Shown: in pieces, positions 37,871 through 51,856 of the stretch
How the letters are laid out: the number at the start of each line of letters is the position of its first letter
How positions within the stretch are numbered: position 1 is the stretch's first letter
Source: Octopus vulgaris
Taxonomy: Eukaryota
Assembly (NCBI GenBank): GCA_951406725.2
Contig: OX597830.1
Location: 38,564,001-38,628,000, forward strand
Length of the DNA: 64,000 nucleotides
Direction of reading: 5' to 3'
Translations under genes and position numbers: made by a program
Notes under the pieces: model-generated
Seen by the model: the letters and a program-made list of their open reading frames with translations, nothing else
Database searches by the model: none
Told to the model about the DNA's origin: nothing

Positions 37871-40269
37871 TGTAAACAGTATATTTATAAGAAAAACCGA
37901 GAGTTTTATCAAAATAATTTCCTTTCAGGATGACGGAATCTCAACAATTACTGGGCATTATTAATGATGCTCTGATAACTGTTACTAAATTTACAAGAAA
38001 AACTAATTATTAAACAATAACTACACAACACTCAATCTCTCTCACATACTGCCATACATGCACTCACAGACTTATTCACAGACTTATTCACGCACATATT
38101 CACACAAACAGAAATAGACGCGCACGCGCGCGTGCAAGCACATATACACACAGAGACACACCCACACTTTCTGTCAAACATACATATAAAAGTTTTTCCA
38201 AACAATCTCGTAAGTTCTGAAAGTGTAAATTTAACCGTAGTATATTCAGTACTGAATTTTTATTCCGAGTATGCACGTTGTTAATGAAATGCAATTGGAA
38301 AAGCCCGTCATTTACATAGATCTATAAAGGGTGAACATTTCTATGTGCTCTGTTGGATACATTGGTTGTTCGTCTGGTATGTTGATTTTGTTCATTCGTT
38401 ATAAATCTTGAATTATGCTTGCAATGATGATTAAAATGTGCATTATTGCACTAATTATGAAATCACGGTGATATATAGCTAAATTTAGTTTTCAAATGGC
38501 TTGCTTTGAGAATTGCATTCAGTACGATGTGTTTATTTATTTTTTAGTTCTGATTTTAAGAGTACCTCTTAGCGTGTGACATTTATGTATAGTAATGTCT
38601 TATATGTATAATATATATATAAGGAGGAGCAAAAACTTCAAAGGCCCACAATTAGTGAAAGGGATGAAAGCATACCATGTATAGTATTTCTTCGAATTAG
38701 AAAAGCACAATCACACACGCGTGAGCGCATATGTCTGTGAGTGAGTGTGTTTGTGTGTGTGTGTGTATGCGTGTGTGTGTGTATGTTTGTGTATGAAGTG
38801 TAAAGACAACAGTTCCCTTTAAGATATATGCATGTATATACATTTGGTTCCCAACCAGCGAGAAGGATGTACGCTTTCATTGATGTTAGTACGGACCACA
38901 TGATTATATTTTTCTGCGAACAGAACCTTGTGAGTTATCAACACACCTACGTGATCTGAAAGCTGCTATAGTTTCTGTTCATTAGATTATTTATTCTACA
39001 ATATATTCCAATATATCCCTGAATTCTAGTTTCTAACTTTGATGGGCGTAGGGAAATAGCATTCCAGTATCGTTATTATTTAGAAAGTGAGAGCGATCGT
39101 TGTTTTAAATTTTGCTCTACGTTTCGTAATGGCTACGTATATTAGTAAACGTTGTTCATTTATCAAACACACTTAATATTGCCATAACCTTCTCAGACCT
39201 AACATACGGTGTCTTATACTTTAATAGCTTTACAGTCACAATCTTTGAGAACCATCACCGACACCAATGAGTTGTTACCACTTCTTCAATCGTTCATGCT
39301 ATAGTCATGCTGTTTAGCAGACTGGCTAGAACGTATTATAGATTAGCTTTCGTAAGCACATTTATTCAATAAAACATGGCATATTGAATATACTCCGTGT
39401 TAAATGATCTCGAGGTATATGACTCAATATATAAATGTGTACTATATATCTATATTATATAACTCATCAATTTCAATTCTTGACAATTTTCTCAAGAATT
39501 ATACGATCGAAATTGAAGTTGTATTCATTTCTATTACAATCGTTTCATTTCTACATTTATGTTGGAAACATCCATAGTCAAATAATGGATTTTCAATTTG
39601 GTTTACATCAGTTCTCTACTATCTTTCACGAGTTATCAATCTCACTTCAACGTTTCAGTGATATATACAGCATCCACTAAAATTTAATGGCTAACGGTTT
39701 CTGCTGCTTGAAACACACCTACTATGACGTTAATGAAAATTACTCTTAGCAATTTTCGAATTGAGTTGTTTGTATATATCTCAATTTACTTCAGTCGCCA
39801 GTGAGAGGAAACATATTTAGAACGACTACGAGATACTTTCAAAACATTTCATTGAAAAAATGTGTATAGCAGTTATCACATGCATACGACCTTTACCGTT
39901 GTTCAAGAAATCAGTAACTATCTTCCAGCCATAAGTACCTAAATACGCACACACGCAGATACACTTTCACACGTACGTGTATGTGTGTATGTGTGTCTGT
40001 GTATGTGTGCGTATCTGTGTAGAAATATATATTGTCGTGGCAAGAATTTAAATCATTCAAGAGGACATGATATAATTCCTTTTTCTTGAACGGTTTAACT
40101 CGAAGGGAATTTGGCAATAAATAAATATATATTGCGTTAAAAAAATCTTCTGGGCGGAATTTGGACGTTTGGACATTTAAACACGTTATGTTTTATATAC
40201 ACGTTATGTTTTATAGCTTTACCTTCTTACGTTCAGTTACGGATTGAATTATGTGTGTATGTGTGCGTG

Positions 40270-40575
40270 CGCGCATGTGTATATGGCCCTATGTCGATTT
40301 CGACGATGACCGTTCTAGGCGACTCCATCAATGGAATAGCCAGCTCGCGAAATTAACGAGCACGTTGCTGCGTATTATACAGATAAGCATACCTTCCACG
40401 TTTGTGTTAGGTATTTTCGGCATGACCCAGAATTATTGATAGAACGCATTTTGCCAGCTAAGTGAATTGGAAGAACACGAAATAAGGTGTCTTGTTCAAA
40501 GGATCAACACGCACCTCGGAATCGAACTCACGATCGTGAGTCGAATACTTTAAACCACTAAGCCATGCGCCTTCA
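40270..40575 (-). mobile_element. tRNA-derived SINE
   Basis: Minus strand GAAGGCGCATGGCTTAGTGG (A box) ... GAGTTCGATTCC (B box); related to 54155-54480. Confidence 0.65.
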
Positions 40576-41265
40576 TTAAATTATGTAAATACATCAATAT
40601 GTGCACGTTCTATACATGTTCACAGCAACTTTCACCGCACACCCAGTTTTTGATGCAGTTCAAATCTCTTTCATCTCAATTAATGCTTGGTCGTTAAAAT
40701 AGATTAACAAGTAAAATCTTGTTGTTTATGTGAAATATTGTATGTTTGTGACGCTGAAAGTGTTAGAAGGCCAAACAATGCAAAACGGACAGTTATTCTT
40801 GTTACTGTTGGTCTTTTGTGTGTTCAATATTTCAGGCCCTACTGGACACAGAAAAGACCAACAGTAAGAACAATAATGGTCTGTTTTGCAATGTTTGGTC
40901 TAGTAAGTCATTCAGCGTCAGATTACCATTTATCATATGCTCACACAAAAGGGTAGACAACATTCATAATTTGTATGGCTTCTATAGTAAGGTGGAAAAA
41001 ACATCTGGTGATATTGTTTAATTGTTCGTAACAGAACAAATCTTGTAATAATTATGTTTGTCACTGCGATACTTAGCCCGCCGGTAAAGCTTTCACGTGA
41101 TTGGAGAGAAAAAGGGAGAAAGAAAAAGAGAGAGAGGGGGAGAGAGAAGCGGTCGTTGCGTGAGGTAGAAGGAATGTAATTATAACGTTTTCACATCATT
41201 AGTTGAAAGGAAAAGGAGGAGAAAAGAAGGAGAGAGAAAAAAGGATAAAGTAAAAACTGAGACAG

Positions 41266-41310
<45 letters not shown>

Positions 41311-42714
41311 AAACGTTGGAAAGAGAAAACATTGAGAAAAGTGTCCATGACATGAGGAACCTAATAATTTCAGCAGAGGGTGATGTTCTGATGGTGAGGT
41401 TAAAGAAAAACGGAGACGGGGAGGGATGCGATTGGATGATGGTGGCCGTGGTGGTTCTGGTGAAGATGGGGGCGGTGGAGGTGGCAGTGGTGGTGGAGGT
41501 GGCGGTGTTGATTGGTGAAAACTATATTTTTTTTTAATTGCACTAAGATTTTTTTCATACCTCCAATCATTTAACGCTTGCACATGAGGGCAATTCCGTG
41601 AATTATTCACGTGTATTTACGTGGCAGATATATGTAATTAAACTAAAAGTTCTAACTTATATACGGCATTTTTTTTTAGTTAGGGTAAACTGGAAAAAGA
41701 AGAGTGAGCAATTTTTTATGAGTGCTGTGTATTAATTCTATAAAATTGTGCATAAAGTGTATAAAGTACATACGTAAAGTGCATTAAATAATCACTGTAT
41801 TCCAATTTCTTTCACTTTTCAATGAGCAGCAGATGAGCGACTTTCTTTCAATACACACACAACACAGTCCATGCTTTCAGGTTCTATGGATACTGTTTTC
41901 AGAAATAACCTAATAGGTTTACCATTAATTCCGTTAAATATTCACGTGTTCAGCTAGTTATATTAAATATTACACAAGATCATTTGCAAGATAATGACAT
42001 TATAAGAAATTGTATGTGTCTCATGGCGTCAGTCGATGCGACGGTTTATATTTGGTTAATGTGGTATTTTGCTTCATTTGAATTCTTATGCGAAATATTA
42101 CTCACCGGGAGATTTCATTTGCATTGAAAAAGTGTCTTTTGTGTTATAAAAAGAATTTACTGACAACGAAAACAGTCTAAAATTTTAGAGATAAAAAGAA
42201 GGGCTCTACATGATAGAAGGTAAAAAAATACATCAGAATCTTCCGTGTACAGCTGACTTTAAATGGGAGTTCAGTAAAATTGTGTGACTTTATTTCTTGC
42301 AAATAAATTTACTTATCAGTGACTTCTTATCAGCATTAAGGTCAACATTGAAAACGAACGTAAAACTATAATCAATTTATCTTCAATGAATAAATTTGTT
42401 TTGGCATTTGTACAAACAAGATTTCATCGGATTTTCTGTGTTTGCGTGTGTCTGTATGTACGTATACGTGCGCGCATGACATGCTCTCATTTAGAAAACG
42501 CAAAATGGAAGACTATTAACATGGTTTTCTATATTTAATCCCCTACGTGTGAGTGTTTGTGTACGTAATCTGTAACTGAGATAACTCTTCGTGTCACCTT
42601 CGCTCCTATATTCATGTGTTACGTCAGATACATGGAGTCATTGGTTATTGAAATTCAGGAAAAGAGGAAGCGAGCGACAAAGCTGGAATAAGTAAACCTT
42701 TTATTCTATTAATC

Positions 42715-42830
42715 TTTTACTCGTTTCAGTCAATAGAGTGTGGCCATGCAGGTCGCCTCCTTGGCGTTTTAGTTGAATGAATCGACTCCAGCACTTATTT
42801 TTTGAAGCCTAGTACCTAAGCAGCGGTGGG
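42715..42830 (-). mobile_element. SINE 3' fragment
   Basis: TTTTACTCGTTTCAGTCAATAGAGTGTGGCCATGC matches 5140-5175 and 62355-62390. Confidence 0.55.
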
Positions 42831-42854
42831 GGACATGCACACAGACACACAACA

Positions 42855-42985
42855 CTTCTTCTTCTTCTTCTTCTTCGTCTTCTTCTTCTTCTTCTTCTTC
42901 TTCTTCTTCTTCTTCTTCTTCTTCTTCTTCTTCTTCTTCTTCTTCTTCTTCTTCTTCTTCTTCTTCTTTTTCTTCTTCTTCTTTT
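42855..42985. repeat. (TTC)n microsatellite
   Basis: Visible; explains the poly-F/K/R ORFs. Confidence 0.95.
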
Positions 42986-43232
42986 TTTCTGCCAAAAATT
43001 CACAATGGTCTCGAACCCACAATAGTAAACAAGAGAGACAAAGAAAGGTAGAAATATGGAAATTGCTCCATATATTTGAATACTATACAAATATTATGTT
43101 AAAAAACTTATTTAATTTTTCTAAAATTTAATTGCTTCCCATACAGTTGAAAAATTCTCAAGGACCGACACCGGTACTGAATTTTTTTTAATAAAATTAT
43201 TCTAAGTATATTCTACCTTGACTTTTTTTCTA

Positions 43233-43254
<22 letters not shown>

Positions 43255-43263
<9 letters not shown>

Positions 43264-43418
43264 TTTTCTCTCCTTGTTTTTTTTTGTGTCTCTTTCTGTA
43301 GAAGAGTGTAGGCTTGAAAAGTAAAAGATTGTTTCTATTTTTGAGCGTTCTACTAATACATCTGTTTGTTTTGTACACCACCTGTCTTCGTCTTTTGTTT
43401 TTTTTCGTAAACTCTCCC
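43255..43418 (+). mobile_element. Short (TA)n-flanked insert with a degenerate hammerhead-like motif (43291-43328)
   Basis: TCTTT-CTGTAGA-A-GAGT-GTAG-GCTT-GAAA-AGTA-AAAGA; helix I TCTTT/AAAGA; layout parallels the 19371-19405 motif. Confidence 0.4.
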
Positions 43419-43478
<60 letters not shown>

Positions 43479-43479
43479 A

Positions 43480-43640
43480 CGTCCTTCTTTCAGTTTCCTT
43501 CAAGTAAATCCACACACAAGGCTTGATCAGCCCAAAATTATAGTAGACGACGCCTGTCCAAGATGCCACACGGTGAGACTGAACTCAGAACCATATAGTT
43601 GGGAAGCAATCTACTTATCACACCACCACGTCTGCACTTC
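43480..43640 (-). mobile_element. tRNA-derived SINE 5' part
   Basis: Homologous to 62430-62512; followed by another SINE fragment at 43690-43810 (+). Confidence 0.6.
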
Positions 43641-46199
43641 CATTAATATTTATATTGTTATATTTATATACGTATTGATATTTTTCATTTATCAAGTTCA
43701 AAGTCTGCACTGTCGTCGTGCCCAATGCCTAGATTTATTTCTTCCGATCCCTTCTGTCTTAAGTTCAAATGCCACCGAATTAACTTTGCTTTTCAACACC
43801 CCGACATCCTAAAAGCAAAGCAAGAAAATATAAGAATGAATGTAATCGTAGAAAAGCGTTGTTACCCGCTATGTAATGTAATTAAACAACTGTTCGAAAT
43901 GTCATGCTAATGCAATATTGCAACATCATATAATATAGCATATCCGTTACTTAATACTATATCAATACTAAATAGTTTGTTTTATTCAGTTTCGGATTTT
44001 GTTTTGAATACAAATCATGCCGAGATCGAATATGCAATTTTTTCCTGCCCCTAAAACTACGGTATTTGTGCAGCAACAATAGTTATTAAGTTCTCATACA
44101 CTGCAAATGATAATCCCTAACGAATATTTTTAATGCCTTTACCGTGTTAAATATCGTTGTGGGTATAAAATCACTAGAGCCACAGTATTTTCTTTAGTAA
44201 CGCAACTGCAGTTCTTATTAGCTTCGTTAAACATACATAATAAACAAATTCCACATAGCAGTCTTATAATTAACGAGAGAAGTGACGAATGCCTCATCCT
44301 ACCTGACGCAGCACAAAAGAACAACTGGCAATTGTATTTCTAAAGCAGATTACTAATAAACGTACGCATATTGTTGATTATGAAATGCAAGTAACATCCC
44401 TAGGTATCTATATGATGCATGTTTTTTAATTCTGTGTAGTGTTGCCCAAGTTCTTCTGCTCGAGATGTTGCGCGTTTTCTTGTAGTCGATAGAGCTCCTT
44501 GGAATACTGCTATTATCATTCGTAGTGCTATGTATAATATCTAGACATGAACATATTTATTTGCAGATCACAAAATGTTCGAGAATTCTATTGTTTCCAA
44601 GGGATTATTGAAATGCCTTTGACAATACATTTCGAAATAATAGATAACCAGAAACATAGAATATTGTTGAAACCAAGAGGATTTGTAATCCTGTAGTCTT
44701 ATGCACATTTCCCAACAGTATAATATATTTATTATCTTCATAGAATATTAACCTCAATTCTGTAATTAGGTTTTAATTTCCGGCCTTGAAATTGTATTAC
44801 CTATCAAACTTCGACGAACAATGTAACTCTACTTTTCTGCAGAATGTAACTGCAATTATTGATCGAAGATAGTTAAAAATAAACAAGAATGTTTATTATA
44901 AAAGTGAGATGCAAAGATTATTGAATTTTATTCCTAAAGGCCGTTGATAAGTCTAAAGTGGTGGTTCAAGATATCGCTAAATTATAGTTATTTCAGTAAA
45001 GAAATCAGAAAATATGAATTGCGAAACTAGCAATTTCAGAAGAAGCGTATTTTCAAAGATTATGTAATATAGTAGTTTGATACGTTCCAACTAATCATTG
45101 TATCACGATTCAAAAATTTTGCTCAGCCAAAATATTTCTGGACCTGTTGAAATTATGTTAAATTTAGTATCGCATTCTAATTAAATGCAAATATCAAAAT
45201 TATTTCTTTAATTATTAATGGAATTACAATTTATGTGCACATCAATGATTTGATTGTAATTGTCATGTAGAGATGCAGCATGTGTTTTTAATATTTTGTT
45301 TTAGCTTAATCTCTTGAAAGTGTATCTGACCATGAATTTCACAGATCCACTGAACCATATTTATTCGAAGCAGTTTCAGTCCCTTTTGACTCTTTACATA
45401 TGAAGCCTACAGAAGGGTTATGACACCTTTTATTCTTAGAAGGAATTAATAAATGTAGTAGCTGATGTGGATTCAGATAATGAGAGATGAAGAGAGTGGT
45501 GGAGGTGAATGACGTCAATCATCTCCCAAGACCCAGAAAATATTGTATTAGTGAAAAAAGATACAGAGTTAGACAGCAGAATGCCTGTGAGAAATAAAAA
45601 AAAAACAGGATGTCAGTATGCCACTTTGTACTAAATAATAGATTCTCCTTCATTAGATTGTGTGTTTCAGGTGCATCTTTCCAGTGCGGTAATGGATAAT
45701 AGTACAATATTTTCTTCTGCAACACAATACTATCGATTACAAAATGTTCATACGTAGACTGTTGGTGTATCGTATTAAGAATTCGCGGTGCAAACAGGAA
45801 CATTGGGATAAGTAGTGAAAAGAACATATGCGGCCAAGGATACTCTCTCTTTTTTCTTTCCCATACACTCATACACATAACCAATTTATGTCCATCATAC
45901 TTTCTCGCTTTACATACATATTTATAATAAGAATACATCATTCAGAACGCTGCCAAAATGTTGCCTGGATTTACATCCGATTTTAACTAAAATTTTCTAT
46001 ATTCGTGTAAGTACCGACCAAAACCCATATCTTCTGGAAAAAGATGAGTTGTGAACATTATTCTCCTGCCTATATTCTTCTAACTAGTTTTACTCTTTCT
46101 TCTATTTTACTCATTTATTCAATTTTATTCTTTATAAACTGTGTATTCTATTCCCCGTAATCTGTACATTTTTCCCGTCTAAATTATTGATACATTGCC

Positions 46200-46845
46200 T
46201 TTAATGACGGAGGGTGATCCCACAAACAACTGTAAGACTTCAAATACCCCTTACCCTAATTAAATTATTCTAAATGATTTAAGATATTCGTTCTGCCTTG
46301 GTTTTGATATTTCGTAGAATATAGTATGCACGTGCTACAAGGAAAACCTAACGCGGAACCCTTGCTCCAGCCTTAACTGATCTTGGAAATTAATGGTCGA
46401 CCAAATATACCGCTTATCCAGCATACATATTCATTAATATCACAAGCGATCTAAACCCCTTATATATATATATATATTCTCATCAGAGAATAAAACTGAA
46501 TTTTTTGTATTACAGTGTGGAGATGGTAGATGTGGGATCTGCTGTAACCCCATCTAGAAATACATAGATGGAAACAAACAAATAAAATTTAAGAGTGGTC
46601 ACGCATTCAAAGTAAATGCAGACATGAACGTAAGACACAGAACGTAATATACTGCATAACCTGTCCAACATTCAAGGAGAATTACATAGGCGAAACGTGA
46701 AATGCTTTATGCCAATGTGCCAGAATTCACCGACAACATGTCCGACAAGAGGAACTGCGAAAACGTCCACTGAGTAAACACTTAGAAACATGTGGAGAAG
46801 GAAAATTTAAGATCTTTCCCTTCTATAAATGCCCAAAGAATGACA
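46200..46845 (+). pseudogene. PLE (Neptune-type) relic: Cys knuckle plus GIY-YIG endonuclease
   Basis: CGDGRCGIC (46516-46542), then KTQNVIYCITCPTFKENYIGET*NALCQCARIHRQHVRQEELRKRPLSKHLETCGEGKFKIFPFYKC (from 46632). The left boundary is approximate. Confidence 0.8.
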
Positions 46846-47602
46846 ACTTCAGCCTTGCTTTTATGATGATTTTGAAACTCGAAAATTTTGAACGTATTTT
46901 TGAGTTCCTTTGTACATTTATAGAATCCACTTCTATCAATTTATTATGACGTTGCTAGGTTATCGTTTATATCTTATTCTAGATGACGTGGATATTCCAT
47001 TCAATGTTACAGTGTATGTCGTTTTACTACATTACGAGTGCCCACTCCATCGTAACATCATTTTCTTACATAGGGATAGGCCTCAATTTCTTTCCATGCA
47101 TAGCGGCCACTTCGCAAAAACATGCATTATGATGGATACCTTCTATTGTATGCATGGGAACGAGTTTTTGTAAAGGCCACTTCTGTTATACAAGTATCAA
47201 TTCAGTTCAGGTTGCGGCAGCACATGATGCCACATTGTCTTGATATTATGATTTGCATCTAGTTATGAAGGAATAGTTGGCTTTCGTCAGTTTTGCATTT
47301 GATACGTGAAGCGCTCAAAGCAATTCGTTATCATCAGATAACAGGCATTAACAAATACAGCAATGATACGGAGAAAATATAACAAAATTAAAATAGAAAA
47401 GAAATTTACTGTACACTGCGGTACAAACAGGCAAAATATGAGCTCTATTTCAATCTATAAAGCTAATATTAAATCGTACAGGAAAATTTTTAGGCTTAAA
47501 CATCATAGTGGCTTGAAAGTTGTGAAATGGTCATCCAGTGTTAGAAAATTAGAAAATAATATATTTTAAAACAACTGAGTACATTTTAAGCGTGCATAAG
47601 AG

Positions 47603-47648
<46 letters not shown>

Positions 47649-47649
47649 T

Positions 47650-47891
47650 AATGTTGCCTGGGTGTTATTAAACACGTGCATTTCTAGAAATAAGAGCTAA
47701 GGCGCTCTAATTCTGTAGTTAACGGACATGAATGAAAACAAACACTAACAGGTACCATAATTGTCCAAAAAGTGGGCTTTTTTCGAGCTATTAGTATATA
47801 TATTTTAATTCCTGTGCGTTAACTACAGCATTAGAGCGTCTTATCTCTTATTTCTAGCAATGTAGATGTTTAATATCATCCTGGTAATATT
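47650..47891. repeat. Fold-back insert with ~85-bp diverged inverted arms, between (TA)n tracts
   Basis: CTAGAAATAAGAGCTAAGGCGCTCTAATTCTGTAGTTAACG versus CGTTAACTACAGCATTAGAGCGTCTTATCTCTTATTTCTAG. Confidence 0.85.
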
Positions 47892-47971
47892 TAATGATAA
47901 TTATAATTCTCCTTTTGGGCGAAACACTGCCAACTGCTGTTTATATTGATTATATATACACAAATACATAC

Positions 47972-48021
<50 letters not shown>

Positions 48022-48598
48022 GTATATATGTATATATATGTATATATATATATAGAGAGAGAGAGAGAGATTGATAGATAGATAGATATATACACATATA
48101 TACATATATGAACAGACATATATACATAGGTATATACATACAAATTTATATGCATGCATGTATATACATACAATCATATATTGTGTATGATTACATATAC
48201 ATACAAACGCACATTTATATATCTATATGCGTGTCCGTGTGTGTTGCTGTAGTTGCCTCTGACCGTGTGTATGTGTGGGTATGTGTGTGTGTATGTGTGT
48301 GCTAGCGCGTGAATCAGTTTGTGTGTGTTTGAGTATGTGTGTAAGACAACCTGTTTTTAATACTGACTTGAACAAAACAAAAATAATTTTCATGCGGAGA
48401 ATGTTATTGACATGAAATATCATAAGTTTCCGATGAAATAGCAATAGCGTATATTAAAACAGGTGCAAATATGTTTAGAATCTCAGGAAAATCGGCTTTT
48501 ATTAACGATCAAATATTTTTGCATAATGATACACATGTAACTCAAAATTTTTATTTAGACCCACGTGTAAATAAATATACATGGACAGCAAAATAATA

Positions 48599-48639
48599 AT
48601 TTGCTGTATGTATTGGAGGTAGCAATACATACAGCAAAT
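48599..48639. repeat. Perfect 17-bp inverted repeat with 7-nt loop
   Basis: ATTTGCTGTATGTATTG-GAGGTAG-CAATACATACAGCAAAT. Confidence 0.9.
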
Positions 48640-49675
48640 ACGAATGCAACAGCAGGCAACTCACGAGCAGAGCTGATGTTCGCAAGGAAAGTAAAGTCAG
48701 TTCTCGATAAATTGCTACCTAGCAAGAAAAGAAAAATTGACAGGAAGACATAGCAAGATATTTTTTAAGTTGCTGATAAGGTGTATATGAGGACGTACAA
48801 AAATAGAAAACAGAACTGGGAAGAAGGTGAAATTACCAAATACATAGCTAAAATGGTGTAATGAGTAAAAAACAGAAAAACATACAAAAGAGACAGAAAC
48901 CAATTAGAAAAGAGATTCGTGGAACCAAAAAAGCTGGAAGAACCCATGGAATGGTTGTACGATACGTTCGAATTACCAACACCACTACAGGTGATTGTAT
49001 CCAAGCGTACAAGTGAAAGGAAAAGAAAAGATACAAAGTTACTGAAAATAGATGCCAAGAGAAAAAATTAAATCGTTGGATTCTTGGTACAGAATCTTTT
49101 GCTGTGCAACCATAATAGCGTTAACTGTATTAGTATTTAACTTAGTTCGATAGGTTAGAAATATAGAAACTTATATAAAATAGCAAATCCCCTTCAGCAC
49201 CGAGGTTATATTGAAATAGTTTACACCAGTTACTTTTGTTTGTTATATATTTGTCACATAACCATCTGCTGGAGAAATGTCATTTCGTGTTCATATGTTT
49301 CAGAACCATTGCTATCTCTTCAACACACACAGCACTGACAGACAATGAACGTCATCTATTTATAGATAACAAATAGACTATTATTAAATGTGGCTTCAAT
49401 GTCGTAGCATTCTTTTTGTACTTTTCCCATTATTTCAATGTAAGGTATTTAATTAATTCTTCCGCGAGATACAGATTCAAATTACGTTCTAGTTATAGTA
49501 ATCTATAATCCGATGGAAATATAGCTTTCGCCGATCAAATGGCAAGCAGGATATCATATGAAGAAATATATGCATCCCGGATTAATTTAAATGTCACGTA
49601 GGAAGGGCTTAGTGTGCTGAAATAAGAAGTTCATAGTTGAATATTTGAGAGAGTACATCATCAACTGAATAAAGA

Positions 49676-49683
49676 TTATTATT

Positions 49684-49718
<35 letters not shown>

Positions 49719-49779
49719 TATTATTACCGGTTTATTATTATTATTATTATTAGTAGTAGTAGTAGTAGTGTGAGTAGAC

Positions 49780-49858
<79 letters not shown>

Positions 49859-49926
49859 CAGTAGTAGTAGTAGCAGCAGCAGCACTAGTAGTAGTAGTAG
49901 TAGCAGTAGTAGTAGTAGTAGTAGTA
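49676..49926. repeat. (ATC)/(ATT)/(AGT)/(AGC) compound microsatellite
   Basis: Visible. Confidence 0.95.
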
Positions 49927-50759
49927 AGCGAAGTAAACTAAAGCTGCTTAGAAGCCACTCCCTGAATCGTAAATGGAAATCAATAACCAAATGAATCAGT
50001 AATATAATAGCATGTTACCGAATCACTAAGCTAAGAGTTTGACTAATTGATATAATAAATGCCATTTTACAATATTTATCTCCGCCGCGATAGAATTAAA
50101 GAAGGGATTCAATACAAACGACGACCATTGCAGATTAAATTCGTCAACTGTTATATATCAGGAAAATATTACCATGGAAACGTGTCTCTGATACCACTTT
50201 AAGTAACTACAATACACCTTAAAGTCATTCATCTTCACAAATGTATACTTCTGTTCATACAAATGGATAAAGTACTTCACATAAAACTTCTGAGCCACTA
50301 TCAAATATATTAGGAGTTAACCACTCGTTTTCGTGGAAATTGAAATCAAATATTTGCTTTTATTAGAATAAATGTGTAAAAAAAGTCTTTAAATACCAAT
50401 CTACACAAAACATTGGGCATCAACTTCAAACTTTCTGATATTTGAAGATGTTGTGTTAAGAGAGTTAACAAGAAAGTTCTTGGGAAAAGAATATATAGAG
50501 CAATGTATTGGAAAAAGAAATCGAAATAGAGTGTTTAGGAGATATTTACGGCGAATAGAACACGTATCAATTGCGTTTTAATTGTGTAGAGAGATATAAA
50601 ATAGAAGTGTGTTGATCGTGATTTTAGTAAGAAAAATAGGCTAGATAAGTCCAAAATATTTCCGCCCAAGATTAATAACAAAGATATTGCGCCAAGAAAC
50701 ACGAGAAAAGTTGCTCTAAATATTTAAACACGACTATACATCACTGTCTCAACAAGAGC

Positions 50760-50790
50760 TACAACAACGACAATGGTAATAATAATAATG

Positions 50791-50851
<61 letters not shown>

Positions 50852-50897
50852 TAATAATAACAACAACAATAATAATAATAACAATAACAATAATAAC

Positions 50898-50983
<86 letters not shown>

Positions 50984-50990
50984 TAATAAC

Positions 50991-51050
<60 letters not shown>
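50760..51050. repeat. Long (AAT)n microsatellite
   Basis: Visible, about 290 bp. Confidence 0.95.
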
Positions 51051-51052
<2 letters not shown>

Positions 51053-51690
51053 AGAGAAGACAGGAGGAGGAGGCAGAAGAGACATTCAGAATAATGTAAA
51101 CAATTCTTATAAGAATACAATATATGAAACGTTCAATCTATAAGGCTAGAGAATGTGGAGTAGGAGAAACAAGTTCTGTAACATTTGAGGTAAGCTGTGA
51201 GAGGTAATAGAAGTAAGGACAACTTATAAACAACGTTACGAGAAACATAATAATTACATAGAAATATTATAATAACATTAATACACGTATAATAAATATA
51301 AGGCACAAAAAGAAAATGACTCTCCTCAGACACAACAGAATATGCTTCAACACACGAACTCAAATAAAGAATCTTGCCAACCAAATCCAAAAACGAAAAA
51401 TAAATTAAATAAATAATTAGATAATTAAATAATTAAAAATAAGCTTATAATGCGTGCACATCTCCCGTGCAACAAATTACATTGTCTCCGAGTCTATTCT
51501 CCCTAATTTTCAGTGCTAGGAAATCTTAAGCTTTATTCGTATTAGGTTAAATAAGAGCCAGTCATTTATTTAGCCGATTTGTAATATAAAGAAAAGTATT
51601 CGTATCAACCTCAAAAATCTGTTCTCTACAATCTCTGTGGCATGACTTCATTCATTTCCTAGATAGCATGTCGTCCAGCATACCGTGATG

Positions 51691-51759
<69 letters not shown>

Positions 51760-51807
51760 GTTGTATTTCAAGATATTTTTCTTTTGTTCTTTCCAAATAA
51801 ACACACG

Positions 51808-51856
<49 letters not shown>

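Noticed and set aside
41191-41610. 139-aa proline-rich ORF
   Set aside because: It derives from GGT/GGC and GA low-complexity tracts, with no domain or splice support.
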